A DNA stretch of 58,581 nucleotides. Origin: a virus. Taxonomy: Duplodnaviria; Caudoviricetes. The notes beneath the pieces are model-generated. The model saw nothing but the letters and a program-made list of their open reading frames with translations. It was not told the origin of the DNA and did not search any database. Shown here piece by piece: positions 38,140 to 48,121 of this stretch. Position 1 is the first letter of the stretch; every line of letters begins with the position of its first letter. A program made the translations under genes and the position numbers. Location: IMG/VR virus record IMGVR_UViG_3300025096_001538, positions 1 to 58,581 of that record. The stretch is one strand, 5' to 3'.

Positions 38140-38559
38140 TTACCAAGTACTTCCATCATTCTTACGATGTTTATCTATTATCTTACTCCACACTTTATAA
38201 AGGCCATCTAATTCTTTTATAGCAGTATTAAGTTTTTTAGCTACTTTACTCATATGTGTATGATATTCTTTTGTTGCTGCTTGATAATTTGCTCTACTAT
38301 TCCAATCATACATATCGTTTTCTCTTGGACCATAATCAAGTCTTGGATATCCGCGTCCTATGTCTTTAAATGTTTGGCCCCAATCTCTGTCATAATCACT
38401 AACATCTTTTAATGCTTGGAACTTTGGTAAACTTCCTTCAGTTATTTGTTCTTTAGATTCTTGATGTTGTTTCATCACACTATCTAATGTAGGTAATTTA
38501 TCACCAAACTCTCTTTTGAGATATTTACTCTCGTGTAATATTTCTTTTAATTTTTTCAT
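38140..38559 (-). CDS. Leader-bearing hypothetical protein (MKKLKEILHE)
   Basis: Shared leader; internal EQITE; TAATG coupling to upstream gene. Confidence 0.75.
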   Translation of the reverse strand: MKKLKEILHESKYLKREFGDKLPTLDSVMKQHQESKEQITEGSLPKFQALKDVSDYDRDWGQTFKDIGRGYPRLDYGPRENDMYDWNSRANYQAATKEYHTHMSKVAKKLNTAIKELDGLYKVWSKIIDKHRKNDGSTW

Positions 38560-39026
38560 TATTTTAACTCCGTCCAATCTTGTGGAGAACCATATTCTGC
38601 TCTATAATACCACTTTTTCTCTTTAACATTCCATATGTAAAAAAATTCTTCACCACTATGAAACTTTATTTCATCTCTATCTTTCCATTTACTTGTAGCA
38701 TTACCTTTCTCTCCTCTATCACGACCATAAAATACAGTTACATCTTTATCAGGTTTATCAAAAGAGTGGTCTTTACTACCCTTAATTTTTTTACCAAGTG
38801 TAGAAATACCCTGTTTACCAAGTTTCATTAATTCCTTTACTTTCGCTGAATTATTATAATACCTTTTCAAGTGTTTTCCTACCCAAGAAGGATAACCATC
38901 GTAGTGTCCATAAGTAGATAGTACTTTACCACTTGGAGCTTCAATACCAACACCCCAACGAGTTCCCTCATTGATAATATTCTGAACTTCTTCCTTGATA
39001 ATTTCTCTTAATCTTGATGCTTTCAT
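38559..39026 (-). CDS. HxDGYP-family phage protein behind a 20-aa leader
   Basis: IINE-GTRWGVGI...STYGHYDGYPSWVGKHLKRYY...VFYGRDRGE...EEFFYIW. Confidence 0.7.
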   Translation of the reverse strand: MKASRLREIIKEEVQNIINEGTRWGVGIEAPSGKVLSTYGHYDGYPSWVGKHLKRYYNNSAKVKELMKLGKQGISTLGKKIKGSKDHSFDKPDKDVTVFYGRDRGEKGNATSKWKDRDEIKFHSGEEFFYIWNVKEKKWYYRAEYGSPQDWTELK

Positions 39027-39035
39027 TTTAAACTC

Positions 39036-39836
39036 CTAAAATTTCTTCTTACCTTGCCAATGAACACCATCATAGTATAGATTTGATTTTCTAAATCCAG
39101 TTTTCATTGTAAAATGTCTTACGAAAAATCCTTTGTCTCTTGGTCTTATACCAATCACATTTAATTTATTTCCTTTAATCTCGTAACTACCTTTATTATC
39201 AATACTTCCACTATAAACTAACTTTTTAATTTTTTCTTCACCACTCATCTTCATAGGATTACCTGGTATATCATCTTTTTTAGAAACTTTAATTACCTTT
39301 TCATTTACTGATTCGGTCCATTTATTCTTTTCTGCCATCTTCTCTAATTTTTTCCACTCAGTTCCCATCTTATTAGTAACTCTACTAAAAGCTGACTTAT
39401 CAGTTTTTTTCATATTCATCATAAATCTGTATAAACCTTCCCAATTAGGTTCGACATTAATAGTTCTGGCTTCTTTTTTCAAACGACTCTTTTCGGCTCT
39501 TCCACGATTCTTGGATTGTGCTTCAAATCCCACTATCTTACCACCTTTATGTGAAGCGTCTTTACCATCTCCATTACCATAAGTACCTTTTTTACGATTG
39601 TATTGGTTCAACTCGGCCCTATACTTTTTGGCTTTGGTAGATGAACCATATTTCTTATACTCTTTTTTATAATCTCGTTTCGTTTCTTCACCAAGAGCAA
39701 CAATTTCCTGTTTGACTAAATCAGTAATGTATTCTTTCATTCTTTTCTTATAATCATTCACAGGTTCTTCCTCATGTTTCACCCAAACTGGATGTTCTTC
39801 ACCACTATATGGTCAAGTATGGTGACCAGGTTTCAT
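39036..39836 (-). CDS. Modular protein with HNH-like segment; in-frame TGA at codon 8 if ATG 39836 is used
   Basis: RDYKKEY...GDGKDASH...SKNR resembles small phage HNH proteins; modules separated by ALGEE, LKKE, ESVNE. The track start at 39782 is a GTG without coupling. Confidence 0.6.
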
Positions 39837-40096
39837 TATCTAATATACTTTTTAAGTGATTTTACAAAATCATTTTTAGCATTTCCACCAAACTCTGTTT
39901 TAACTAAAAATGCAACACCTCGTGCAACTTCATCTAAACTAACACTACCCCCACCTTTTTTCTCGGCCTTTTTGAATCCACCCAAGAAACCTTTGTATAC
40001 CCAAGTCCAAAGAGATTCATTTTCTTCGTTTAGTTTTTCATCAAGACGGAAGGTTTTCCACTTTCGAGTCATATCAAATACTTGTTTCTTTTTCAC
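39836..40096 (-). CDS. Hypothetical protein
   Basis: 86-aa ORF coupled on both sides; EKLNEE site. Confidence 0.7.
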   Translation of the reverse strand: MKKKQVFDMTRKWKTFRLDEKLNEENESLWTWVYKGFLGGFKKAEKKGGGSVSLDEVARGVAFLVKTEFGGNAKNDFVKSLKKYIR

Positions 40097-41553
40097 TATA
40101 ATTCCCTCTTAACCAATCTAGCATATTTACTAACTTCTTGTGGATCTAATCGTAATGCTACAATAGTTCTACCCAAGATAGCTAACTTCCTTTTACGATT
40201 AAGATTACCTCTACTTACCGCATCAATAAACTTTTTCATATATCTATCAATTACTGCAGGAATTGGTTGAGAGAAAGCTTCTTCATCTTCCTTCATCAGA
40301 CTTTTAATTTCTTCACGGATTACTTTGCGAAGAATATCTTCACTTATTTTCATTTTGTTTCTCCTAATATATTGTTTAGCCTCTCTACGAGATAATTCTT
40401 TTCCAGTTCTAGCTGGTTTTGGGTATTGTTTACCAGTATATGGATCTATACCTCCAGTTTCACGAGCTTTCTTTTGTTTATACAATAATTGTGCATTTTG
40501 GTCATCTCCAAACACATCACTTTGTGTGCTAACTTGTATACCATAATTTTTCCTATCACCATCTTCATAAATGTTACCTTGTGCATCTACACCCACCATC
40601 ATTCCATCTTCTTTGTCTTTCCATTGAATAATAGTTTGACCATTATCTGCTTCTTGTGTACCTTGTAATTCTAATCTATCTGGATCTTGAGTACCACCGA
40701 TTCTACTTAATACACTGGATCCCATTCTTTGTGTATCTTTATCGTCTTTAATTGGTTTTATACCTGCATCTTTTCTATCTTCTGCATCTCTTGAATCTTG
40801 TGCGTCTTGAGATTTCATATCATCTGCTTCATCATCTGCTGATTGTGACTTTTGTTTTTCAAGATCCCAAAGTTTTTTATTTGCTGCGGTGGCTGCATCA
40901 TCGTATCGTGAATCTCCACCTTGAGTCATACCACCAAATTGTTGTGCCATTTGATTGGCATCATCTGCATCTTTTTGTGCTTGTGATATTTGAGAATCTA
41001 AATCACCACCATCTTCTGGTTCATCTGAAAAATGTTGTGCATTTCGTGTATCACCGTAATCTCTTTCATCATCTTCGTCATCAACTTCCTGACCATAGTT
41101 ATCGTCATATGGATTTGCACTTACACGAGGTTTACCCGTATCACTCTTACTATCTGGAGCTGGTACTTTCGGTTCATCATCTTTCTTTGCGTCTTGTGCT
41201 TTTTGAGAACCAGGATTATCTTTTAAATATTTTGCTTGTCCTTCAGGACCCAAATCATCCCACCAATCTTCTTTTAATTCTTCACCACTTCTACCAGCAA
41301 ATTGTTTTTTATAAAAATCTACATCAGATTGAGATTGTTTTTTAGGTTCTTCCTTTTTATCTGGAGTAAGTTTATCCTTTATCTTCTTAAAAATACTAAC
41401 TGATTTTCCGTGAAGTGGATGTTCTGGATTCCTCAATGGTGTTGTTGCTTTAATTGTTCTACCAGTCTGTGGATTTTTTAAATGCATTTGTGTCATATGA
41501 TTGACTGTTGCTGCAACAATAGGATTTTCAACTAATAATTTTTTTCTACTCAC
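40096..41553 (-). CDS. Modular acidic hypothetical protein, putative internal head protein
   Basis: Follows prohead protease; KKLLVE start, KNPQTGRTIK and DWWDDL modules, internal ILRKVIREEIKSLMKE. Confidence 0.7.
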   Translation of the reverse strand: MSRKKLLVENPIVAATVNHMTQMHLKNPQTGRTIKATTPLRNPEHPLHGKSVSIFKKIKDKLTPDKKEEPKKQSQSDVDFYKKQFAGRSGEELKEDWWDDLGPEGQAKYLKDNPGSQKAQDAKKDDEPKVPAPDSKSDTGKPRVSANPYDDNYGQEVDDEDDERDYGDTRNAQHFSDEPEDGGDLDSQISQAQKDADDANQMAQQFGGMTQGGDSRYDDAATAANKKLWDLEKQKSQSADDEADDMKSQDAQDSRDAEDRKDAGIKPIKDDKDTQRMGSSVLSRIGGTQDPDRLELQGTQEADNGQTIIQWKDKEDGMMVGVDAQGNIYEDGDRKNYGIQVSTQSDVFGDDQNAQLLYKQKKARETGGIDPYTGKQYPKPARTGKELSRREAKQYIRRNKMKISEDILRKVIREEIKSLMKEDEEAFSQPIPAVIDRYMKKFIDAVSRGNLNRKRKLAILGRTIVALRLDPQEVSKYARLVKREL

Positions 41554-41555
41554 AG

Positions 41556-42176
41556 TTACTCTCCACGAATAATATCGTTTATTATACTTTCGACTTTACA
41601 ATACTTACCACAGGTTCTACCTTCTGTAATTGGTATTTCGTTTCCAACACTTTCTTTCATGGGATATAGGAAAGCTCCGTGTGTGGATGGATTTGATACG
41701 AAATCGAATGCTATCAATTCGAAGTCATCTCCTACTTTTTGACCTTCTCCTTCTTCAAGTGGTGTAACTGAACCCATACCACGAGAACTTATACCTAATT
41801 TAATACCTGCTTTAAATAATTCTGTTAATATATTACCACTTGGTGTTCCAAGAACCTCAACCGTACCGACTAAGTTCTTACCTTCCCAATGCATTTCTGT
41901 AATATTATGAGATACATTTTGTAAATTGACTACGGAACTCTCTGGATGGTCTAATTCACCCATTGCTCGTTTCTGTTTAATGAAACTCTCATCATATTTT
42001 TGAGATTCTCGTGCCAAAATACCATGTGGATAAACTCTACCATTCTGGTTTTTTGCATCTGACCTCTGTAAGACACCATGAACCACTAAACGACCATGAT
42101 TTTGTTTAATTGATTCGTTTATTTGTTCTGCTGTTACCTCAAATGGTAAATAATCTACTATTAATTGTTTTGACAT
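41556..42176 (-). CDS. Prohead protease (T4 gp21-like)
   Basis: KNQNGRVYP, AMGELDHP, VSHNI, TPSGNIL, LGISSRGMGS, DFVSNPSTHGAF. Confidence 0.95.
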   Translation of the reverse strand: MSKQLIVDYLPFEVTAEQINESIKQNHGRLVVHGVLQRSDAKNQNGRVYPHGILARESQKYDESFIKQKRAMGELDHPESSVVNLQNVSHNITEMHWEGKNLVGTVEVLGTPSGNILTELFKAGIKLGISSRGMGSVTPLEEGEGQKVGDDFELIAFDFVSNPSTHGAFLYPMKESVGNEIPITEGRTCGKYCKVESIINDIIRGE

Positions 42177-42185
42177 TTTCTACTC

Positions 42186-42704
42186 CTATCTCTTAAATCT
42201 TTCATAGAACTTTGCAAACGAGTGAACGGATTCGGGTACTAAATTATCAATTTCTGCTAGAAATGAATCAAGTACTTTATACAAGGGTTTACTTATACCA
42301 TATGTAAGTGCTCCTGCATTATAATTTCTCCACCCCTTCTTTGGATTATCCGAATAAGTTGTATACTTCTTCATAAATTCTGGAAAATCTTTTTCAGACT
42401 TTTTATACCAATCATCTATTATACCACGCCTTCCAAATATCTCAGTATAAAAATCTGAGTTTCCAAGAGCCTGTCTTAAATCTCCTGAAGTTATCTTTTT
42501 ATCTCTCTTTATTTCTCTGTGTATAAATTGGGTAAGTGGTCTTTCTAAGGATTTGAATTTTCTTAAATTAAAATCATCGGGTTCAATCTTGATTATTGTG
42601 TCGAAAAGTTTATCAAAAACACGATATTTAATAAATTTTGCATTTACCTTTCCTTCACTAATCCTACGATATTGTTTACCGTTTATTTCTATAATTTTTT
42701 TCAT
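42186..42704 (-). CDS. Hypothetical protein
   Basis: 172 aa; IEINGKQYRRISE start echoes the IEINGVKY / VEVNGVQY motifs in the scaffold. Confidence 0.7.
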   Translation of the reverse strand: MKKIIEINGKQYRRISEGKVNAKFIKYRVFDKLFDTIIKIEPDDFNLRKFKSLERPLTQFIHREIKRDKKITSGDLRQALGNSDFYTEIFGRRGIIDDWYKKSEKDFPEFMKKYTTYSDNPKKGWRNYNAGALTYGISKPLYKVLDSFLAEIDNLVPESVHSFAKFYERFKR

Positions 42705-42706
42705 TT

Positions 42707-43051
42707 TTAATCCTCCTTCATAAAATCAAATTCTTGATCTTTAAAGATTTGTTCAAATTCTTCAACATAGTCCTTTGCTAAGGACTTTCTTTGTCTTTTT
42801 GGGAAAACATCCAAGTGATTTCCACCATAAGACCTAACATATCGTTTAGCACCATCATCAATCAGATAAATAAATGCCTTTGAAGCAAGACCTTTACGAT
42901 ATTTTCCTTGTTTCTTCTTTTTTGACAAGTTTTTCAATATCGGCATATACTTTTGTCGATAAAGATTTGCATCATTGTCAATATAAAGTTTTAATTCTTT
43001 CATTTCGTCTGAGAGGTTTTTCTCAACTAATAAATCTTTAAGTTTTATCAT
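42707..43051 (-). CDS. Leader-bearing hypothetical protein (MIKLKDLLVE)
   Basis: Shared leader followed by ELKLYIDNDANLYRQ...YLIDDGAKRY domain. Confidence 0.75.
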   Translation of the reverse strand: MIKLKDLLVEKNLSDEMKELKLYIDNDANLYRQKYMPILKNLSKKKKQGKYRKGLASKAFIYLIDDGAKRYVRSYGGNHLDVFPKRQRKSLAKDYVEEFEQIFKDQEFDFMKED

Positions 43052-43236
43052 TTATCTCTACCCATCATTATTTCATGTCGTAAATCTTCGAGTTTCTTAA
43101 TCCACTCGGTTAATTTTTTAATCATATAGTTCTTACTGACATCCTTGCGATGTATTTCTGTGTGCCATCTTTTTAATAAAGTCGAAATACCATACAAAGA
43201 GTCCATATAAGACTTTCTGTTTTCTTCGAAAGGCAT
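43048..43236 (-). CDS. Hypothetical protein
   Basis: 62 aa, tightly coupled in the operon. Confidence 0.65.
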   Translation of the reverse strand: MPFEENRKSYMDSLYGISTLLKRWHTEIHRKDVSKNYMIKKLTEWIKKLEDLRHEIMMGRDK

Positions 43237-43239
43237 TTT

Positions 43240-43731
43240 CTAATGTAGCTGACCGACTTTATTCGCTAATCGAACTAACCTCTCACTAATTTTACTTAGA
43301 GCTTTGTGTGTGGTTTTCCAATAATCTCTTGAATCCACTTTTAACTCATTTTTTAACTTAACATTATACTTAACCACTCGTTCTAACTCTGTGAGATTGT
43401 CACGAGTCTCTCTCATTGCCATTCCAATTTTTTGCTTGGGTGTCATAGAGTCATCATTTCTCCAAGCGTGATATCTACCTTCATTTACTATTGACTCTTT
43501 CCTCAACTTCGGGTCATCAGCATTAAAATTGGCTGTTCCAATGGTTGGATCACTATGTCCACCAGTGTAACCAGCCTTTCCTTTTTTCTTACCCTTTTTA
43601 TTGCTACCGCCAAATGCATGTGGTGTATTATATTGACCACCTGCACTTGCAGTAGAGTTGGCTTCGTCTAATTCTTGTTTGATTAACTCACGAACAAGTT
43701 TACGAAATAAATCTTCGTTAAGATGTGACAT
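43240..43731 (-). CDS. Hypothetical head-region protein
   Basis: RKLVRELIKQELDE leader, YNTPHAF motif, ESIVNE site, coiled-coil C-terminus. Confidence 0.7.
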   Translation of the reverse strand: MSHLNEDLFRKLVRELIKQELDEANSTASAGGQYNTPHAFGGSNKKGKKKGKAGYTGGHSDPTIGTANFNADDPKLRKESIVNEGRYHAWRNDDSMTPKQKIGMAMRETRDNLTELERVVKYNVKLKNELKVDSRDYWKTTHKALSKISERLVRLANKVGQLH

Positions 43732-44584
43732 TGTGAAGTTCCTTAATAAGTTCGTAATACCTCATTAATGACACAACCTGTTTATCTTTAACTATTTTAC
43801 CTTTCTGTAAAGTATCTGTCTGTTTAATTGCCTCTGATAATTTAATTTTTGTAATATCATCATTAACTCTTGGTAAAATCTTTGTAAGGATTTCTTTAAC
43901 CTTTTTCACTTCACTATTTATAAATTCTCTTAGTGAATTGGTATTAGAAATATTGTTAATATATTCTTTTAATAAATTTCTTTGCATTGAATTAAGACTC
44001 TTATATCTACCATTAAAGTTATCCACCATCAATTGATAAGAAAGTAATCGTAAATCTTTATCTTCTTCCTTAAATTCAGAAATTATTTGACTATCTGTAT
44101 TCTTCAATTTAACTTTGTTACGAGTAATATGTTCTATAACGGAAAAAGTACTTTCTACTTCTTCTGTAGGATTGAATATGGGCGTAGTTTCTACAATAAA
44201 TTTCTTATAAATTGAAGCATACACTTTATAATTAGGAATGCGAGCCCTAAAGAAATCCTCTACAATATAATTCTTCTTAATCTCTTTAATAAGATTATAC
44301 TTTTCAGTACGAAGTTTCTTATTTTGTAATTTTTGCCTTGCCCTTACGACAGCATCGACTAATTTCTCTGCCTTATGAGAAGAATTATAATTCTCTTTTA
44401 ACAAAACCTGATATAATTGATTTTCCTTACCGAGTTCTGTGTTCTCGTTAAAGAATTTTTTTAGCATCTCTACAGATTTACTTTTATCATCACCATTCAT
44501 TACATCTACGGTGATTTGACGGGATATTAATTCAAAAAGAATTCCCGTATTCTTAATCTTCGAGTGTTTTACTCGTTGGGCCAT
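43718..44584 (-). CDS. Helical protein downstream of portal, probable head assembly role
   Basis: KHSKIKNTGILFELISRQIT...FNGRY..L...Q..LLKEYI; GGAG and motif at 44619-44628 upstream. Confidence 0.65.
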   Translation of the reverse strand: MAQRVKHSKIKNTGILFELISRQITVDVMNGDDKSKSVEMLKKFFNENTELGKENQLYQVLLKENYNSSHKAEKLVDAVVRARQKLQNKKLRTEKYNLIKEIKKNYIVEDFFRARIPNYKVYASIYKKFIVETTPIFNPTEEVESTFSVIEHITRNKVKLKNTDSQIISEFKEEDKDLRLLSYQLMVDNFNGRYKSLNSMQRNLLKEYINNISNTNSLREFINSEVKKVKEILTKILPRVNDDITKIKLSEAIKQTDTLQKGKIVKDKQVVSLMRYYELIKELHNVTS

Positions 44585-44650
44585 AATCTATGCTCCTAAA
44601 TGTGTATAGTTCTTCATCTATAAATATAAAAACTTCTAATAATTCGTCAT

Positions 44651-46534
44651 TTAAGTATCACTTAAAGACGAAGATACTTCAGTTTTATATTCTTCTTCTA
44701 CATCAGTCGTTTCTACCAATATTTTTTGGTCTGCTCGACTTACTTTTCCTAAACTTTTCTTTAATGCGTCGTAATGTGCTAATGCAATTCCATATTTTGG
44801 ACTTCCACTACCACCTTTTCGTTTATCGTGTGCTCCAAGTGGATCACGACCTCTTACACTTGAATCTTTTCCGTGTTTAGGACCTTCCTTTGGACGACCA
44901 CTTCCTGGCCACCCATCGTCTGGCATATCCATTTCTAATTCTCTACTTGTTCTTGCTGTTCTTGCTCCTGGTGGTTGTGGTCCAGGTACTCCTGGCATTC
45001 CACCTTCTGCCCCACCAGCGTCCATCATTGCTCCTTGTGTTCCGATGGCTTCGTTACTTTGAACTGGATCATTTCCTTCCATTTCAATCTGTGACCATCT
45101 AAACTTTCGTTTTTGGTCTTTTAGTAATCCAAGTCTAACTTCTTCTTTTTCTTCTTCTGTAAATTTAAATACATTATCATAAATCCACTCCGAATCTGCT
45201 ATTTTAGCGTCCATCATTGATTGTGCTAAACTTTGTTTGTTATTCCACAATTCAATTTTTTCTTCTTCATATATTGTAGATGGGTTTTTTAGATTTAATT
45301 CAAAATTAACCAAGTCTTGATCTGTATATCCTTGTGCGTATAAATGAACGATTGCAATTTTTGTCAATTCACTAATCGTAATTCTCTGTATCCTCTCAAT
45401 GGTTCTTGCAAATCTTACATCTTCTGCTGCCAATGTTGCTTTACTACCAACACTTTCTTCATATCCAAGAAATGCCTTTGGTATCTTTAACGCTGCCATT
45501 AACTTGTTTCTTAGATACTCAATATCTTCAACTGCCTCATAAGTAAGTCCTGGTAAATTCTCTATTTGAGTTCCACTATCTCCACCACGAACTGGTAAAA
45601 AGAAATCCTCTGTAAGATTTTGGATATTATATTTCAAATTATAATCACCTGTATTTTGATCCATTACAGGTGCCTTCTTCATCTTATTGATTATCTTTTG
45701 CATAAAGTTTTCGACTTCTGCGGGTGGAATATTACCAATATCTATTTTGAAAACTCTCTTTTCTGGTGCTCTCATGATTCTATGAATTAACATAGCATCT
45801 TCCATAAGAGATAATTGTTTCCATATCTTACGGGCTCCTTCAATCATACCTTTACCATAAGGTAAGAAGTTTGCGTCCGACAATAATCTGAAATGTGCTA
45901 TTTCATAATTTTCCATTTCTTTATTCCCAGACATAACTGAACTATGTCTTGAATCACCTTCTTCAACTATAAAAGTAACCAAATATGGATTATCTGGATC
46001 TTCTCCTTCAACACGAGTAACATCATATGCCGAAAGTGGAACTACATTTGTAATACCATACTTTTCCTTGATATCTAAATAGAGATAAAAATCTCCATAC
46101 TTACATAGGTTACGAACCCACGGCCAAAGATTAAATTCTATATTCAACACATCATAAAATAAATTATGTAAAATATCATGAATATTTTCATTATCTGAAT
46201 TGATTTCTAATATACTTCCATATTCATTTTTCATTGTAGATTCATCTGCATATACATCAAGTGCACTTGATATAATTGCATCATTGTCCATTTCTTCATA
46301 ATCTCTAAACAGAGCTAATCGTTGTGCTTGAAAACTAATTGCCTGTGAATGTCCATATCCACCTGTTGATAAATTAGTATGTAATCTTGACCATCTATCT
46401 ACAAGACTATTTCTCTGAGCACTTTGAACTCTATCCGTATCAGCAATTTTTAACTTCTTACCACCTGCATGTCTTACTATTACATTTGTGGAAAAAAGTC
46501 GTCTTAATCTTGCTCTTAAATTTGTTTGTGCCAT
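44651..46534 (-). CDS. Portal protein (T4 gp20-like)
   Basis: ALDVYADES, RNLCKYGDF, QLSLMEDAMLIHRIMRAPEKRVFKIDIGN, EDFFLPVRGG, DIEYLRNKL, ALKIPK. Confidence 0.96.
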   Translation of the reverse strand: MAQTNLRARLRRLFSTNVIVRHAGGKKLKIADTDRVQSAQRNSLVDRWSRLHTNLSTGGYGHSQAISFQAQRLALFRDYEEMDNDAIISSALDVYADESTMKNEYGSILEINSDNENIHDILHNLFYDVLNIEFNLWPWVRNLCKYGDFYLYLDIKEKYGITNVVPLSAYDVTRVEGEDPDNPYLVTFIVEEGDSRHSSVMSGNKEMENYEIAHFRLLSDANFLPYGKGMIEGARKIWKQLSLMEDAMLIHRIMRAPEKRVFKIDIGNIPPAEVENFMQKIINKMKKAPVMDQNTGDYNLKYNIQNLTEDFFLPVRGGDSGTQIENLPGLTYEAVEDIEYLRNKLMAALKIPKAFLGYEESVGSKATLAAEDVRFARTIERIQRITISELTKIAIVHLYAQGYTDQDLVNFELNLKNPSTIYEEEKIELWNNKQSLAQSMMDAKIADSEWIYDNVFKFTEEEKEEVRLGLLKDQKRKFRWSQIEMEGNDPVQSNEAIGTQGAMMDAGGAEGGMPGVPGPQPPGARTARTSRELEMDMPDDGWPGSGRPKEGPKHGKDSSVRGRDPLGAHDKRKGGSGSPKYGIALAHYDALKKSLGKVSRADQKILVETTDVEEEYKTEVSSSLSDT

Positions 46535-46546
46535 TTTATCCTCTTA

Positions 46547-48121
46547 TTATTTTATTAACCAAGTTAGATCTTCTTTTGTATTTCCAGTTTCCATTACCCA
46601 TTCATCATTTTGATTGTCGGTCTGTGTATAAACTGGTTCATAATCTAACATTTTACTTAGGACTGTTTTTTGTAGGGCAATTCCTTCTGCGTTCAACCTT
46701 AATGCAGTATCTCTTACCCACAATCCAATTGCTAAACTCATTGCAAGGTCATCATTATATCCTTCCATTGCTTCAGCTCTGTTGTTGTGCCATATAAACA
46801 CAAATAATTCATCAATTAATCTGTCCGAATGAACGATAACAGATTTTTCTCTGAAATATTCTTCTAATTTCGCGATTACTAATGGTCTTGTTTTCATTGT
46901 CATACTAAATCCAGGTACCATTTGTCTTTCGGAATTCCTATATCGGTTTGTTACTTGTCTTGCAACATCAACATACCTTAAATCTTTACTTGTATAAAAT
47001 AGATTATCATATTCTCTATCAATTACTTGTTGAATAGCTGCCCAACCAATACTTGAGTTCTCAATAACTAATAACGCGTTATTAAACTCCATAGCAGTAT
47101 TCATACATAAATTACCAAAATCTTTGGTAGAAATCTTTCCCTTGTATTCTGCAACTTGTTCCATGCTCTCTATTTCAATTACATGAAATGCAGAAAAATC
47201 AGCTCCATCACCACGGGCGACATCAGCAGCCACTACATAATTTTTATTATAATTTGGTTGTCTCCAAATCCACAAGTTACTATCAATTCCTCGTTTCTCA
47301 ACAGGTTCTTCAATTTGTTTTTCTCTGTATTCCTCTAAAATAACACCATCAATAACACCTTGTCCAGAAGTGATAAAGTCACAATCACATTCTTGTGCTG
47401 CTCCACTTGGTCCCAATAACTTATCTTGCTCATCTCTCCAATCTTGTTCTCTATCAGGATGAACCGTCCAATGTAATTTGATTGTATTCCAATCATTCTC
47501 ACCTTCTTCTGCACCTACCCAAGTTTTGTGAAACCAATTACCAACACCATTTGGTGTAGATAGGGCAATACATTGTCCACCAGTTGATAGAGTACTTTGT
47601 GCAGCAGTCCATATTGTATCAATCTTGTCAATAAATGCTGCCTCATCAATAACGAGTAAAGATAGTGCCTCTGAACGACCTGCGTCCTCAGTACTTGATA
47701 TTGCTTTTACTTGTGAACCATTTGAATATCGTAGTGAGAGTTTGTTATCCTCAACACAATTTGACCTTACCCAACTCGGTAGGTTTGCGTGCATAACTCG
47801 GATTTTCGTAACCAAGTTTTTAGCGGTATCTTGTTTAGTTGCAATAACCAATATATTCTTGTCTGATTGAAATGTCATCATCCATAAAGAGTATCCAGCG
47901 GTTAATGTTGATATTCCCAACTGGCGTGCCTTCAGAATAACATTATAATTATTATTTTTAAAATCATTTAGAGAAGCTTCTTGAAACGGATATAAAGCAA
48001 AAGGAACTTTACCTCTTAGTGGATGTTGAATTACAGCATACTTTTTTAGGAAGTACACAGGGTCTTGTGCACATTTTAAATATTCCTTTTTGATGACTGA
48101 CTTTATATTCTTATCACTCAT
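46547..48121 (-). CDS. Terminase large subunit (T4 gp17-like)
   Basis: LYPFQ, LKARQLGIST (Walker A region), LLVIDEAAFI (Walker B), STPNG, AADVARGDGADFS, NDDLAM. Confidence 0.96.
   Translation of the reverse strand: MSDKNIKSVIKKEYLKCAQDPVYFLKKYAVIQHPLRGKVPFALYPFQEASLNDFKNNNYNVILKARQLGISTLTAGYSLWMMTFQSDKNILVIATKQDTAKNLVTKIRVMHANLPSWVRSNCVEDNKLSLRYSNGSQVKAISSTEDAGRSEALSLLVIDEAAFIDKIDTIWTAAQSTLSTGGQCIALSTPNGVGNWFHKTWVGAEEGENDWNTIKLHWTVHPDREQDWRDEQDKLLGPSGAAQECDCDFITSGQGVIDGVILEEYREKQIEEPVEKRGIDSNLWIWRQPNYNKNYVVAADVARGDGADFSAFHVIEIESMEQVAEYKGKISTKDFGNLCMNTAMEFNNALLVIENSSIGWAAIQQVIDREYDNLFYTSKDLRYVDVARQVTNRYRNSERQMVPGFSMTMKTRPLVIAKLEEYFREKSVIVHSDRLIDELFVFIWHNNRAEAMEGYNDDLAMSLAIGLWVRDTALRLNAEGIALQKTVLSKMLDYEPVYTQTDNQNDEWVMETGNTKEDLTWLIK

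Noticed and set aside
44651-48121. Inteins or introns in terminase or portal
   Set aside because: Lengths are normal and no splicing motifs or frame breaks were seen.
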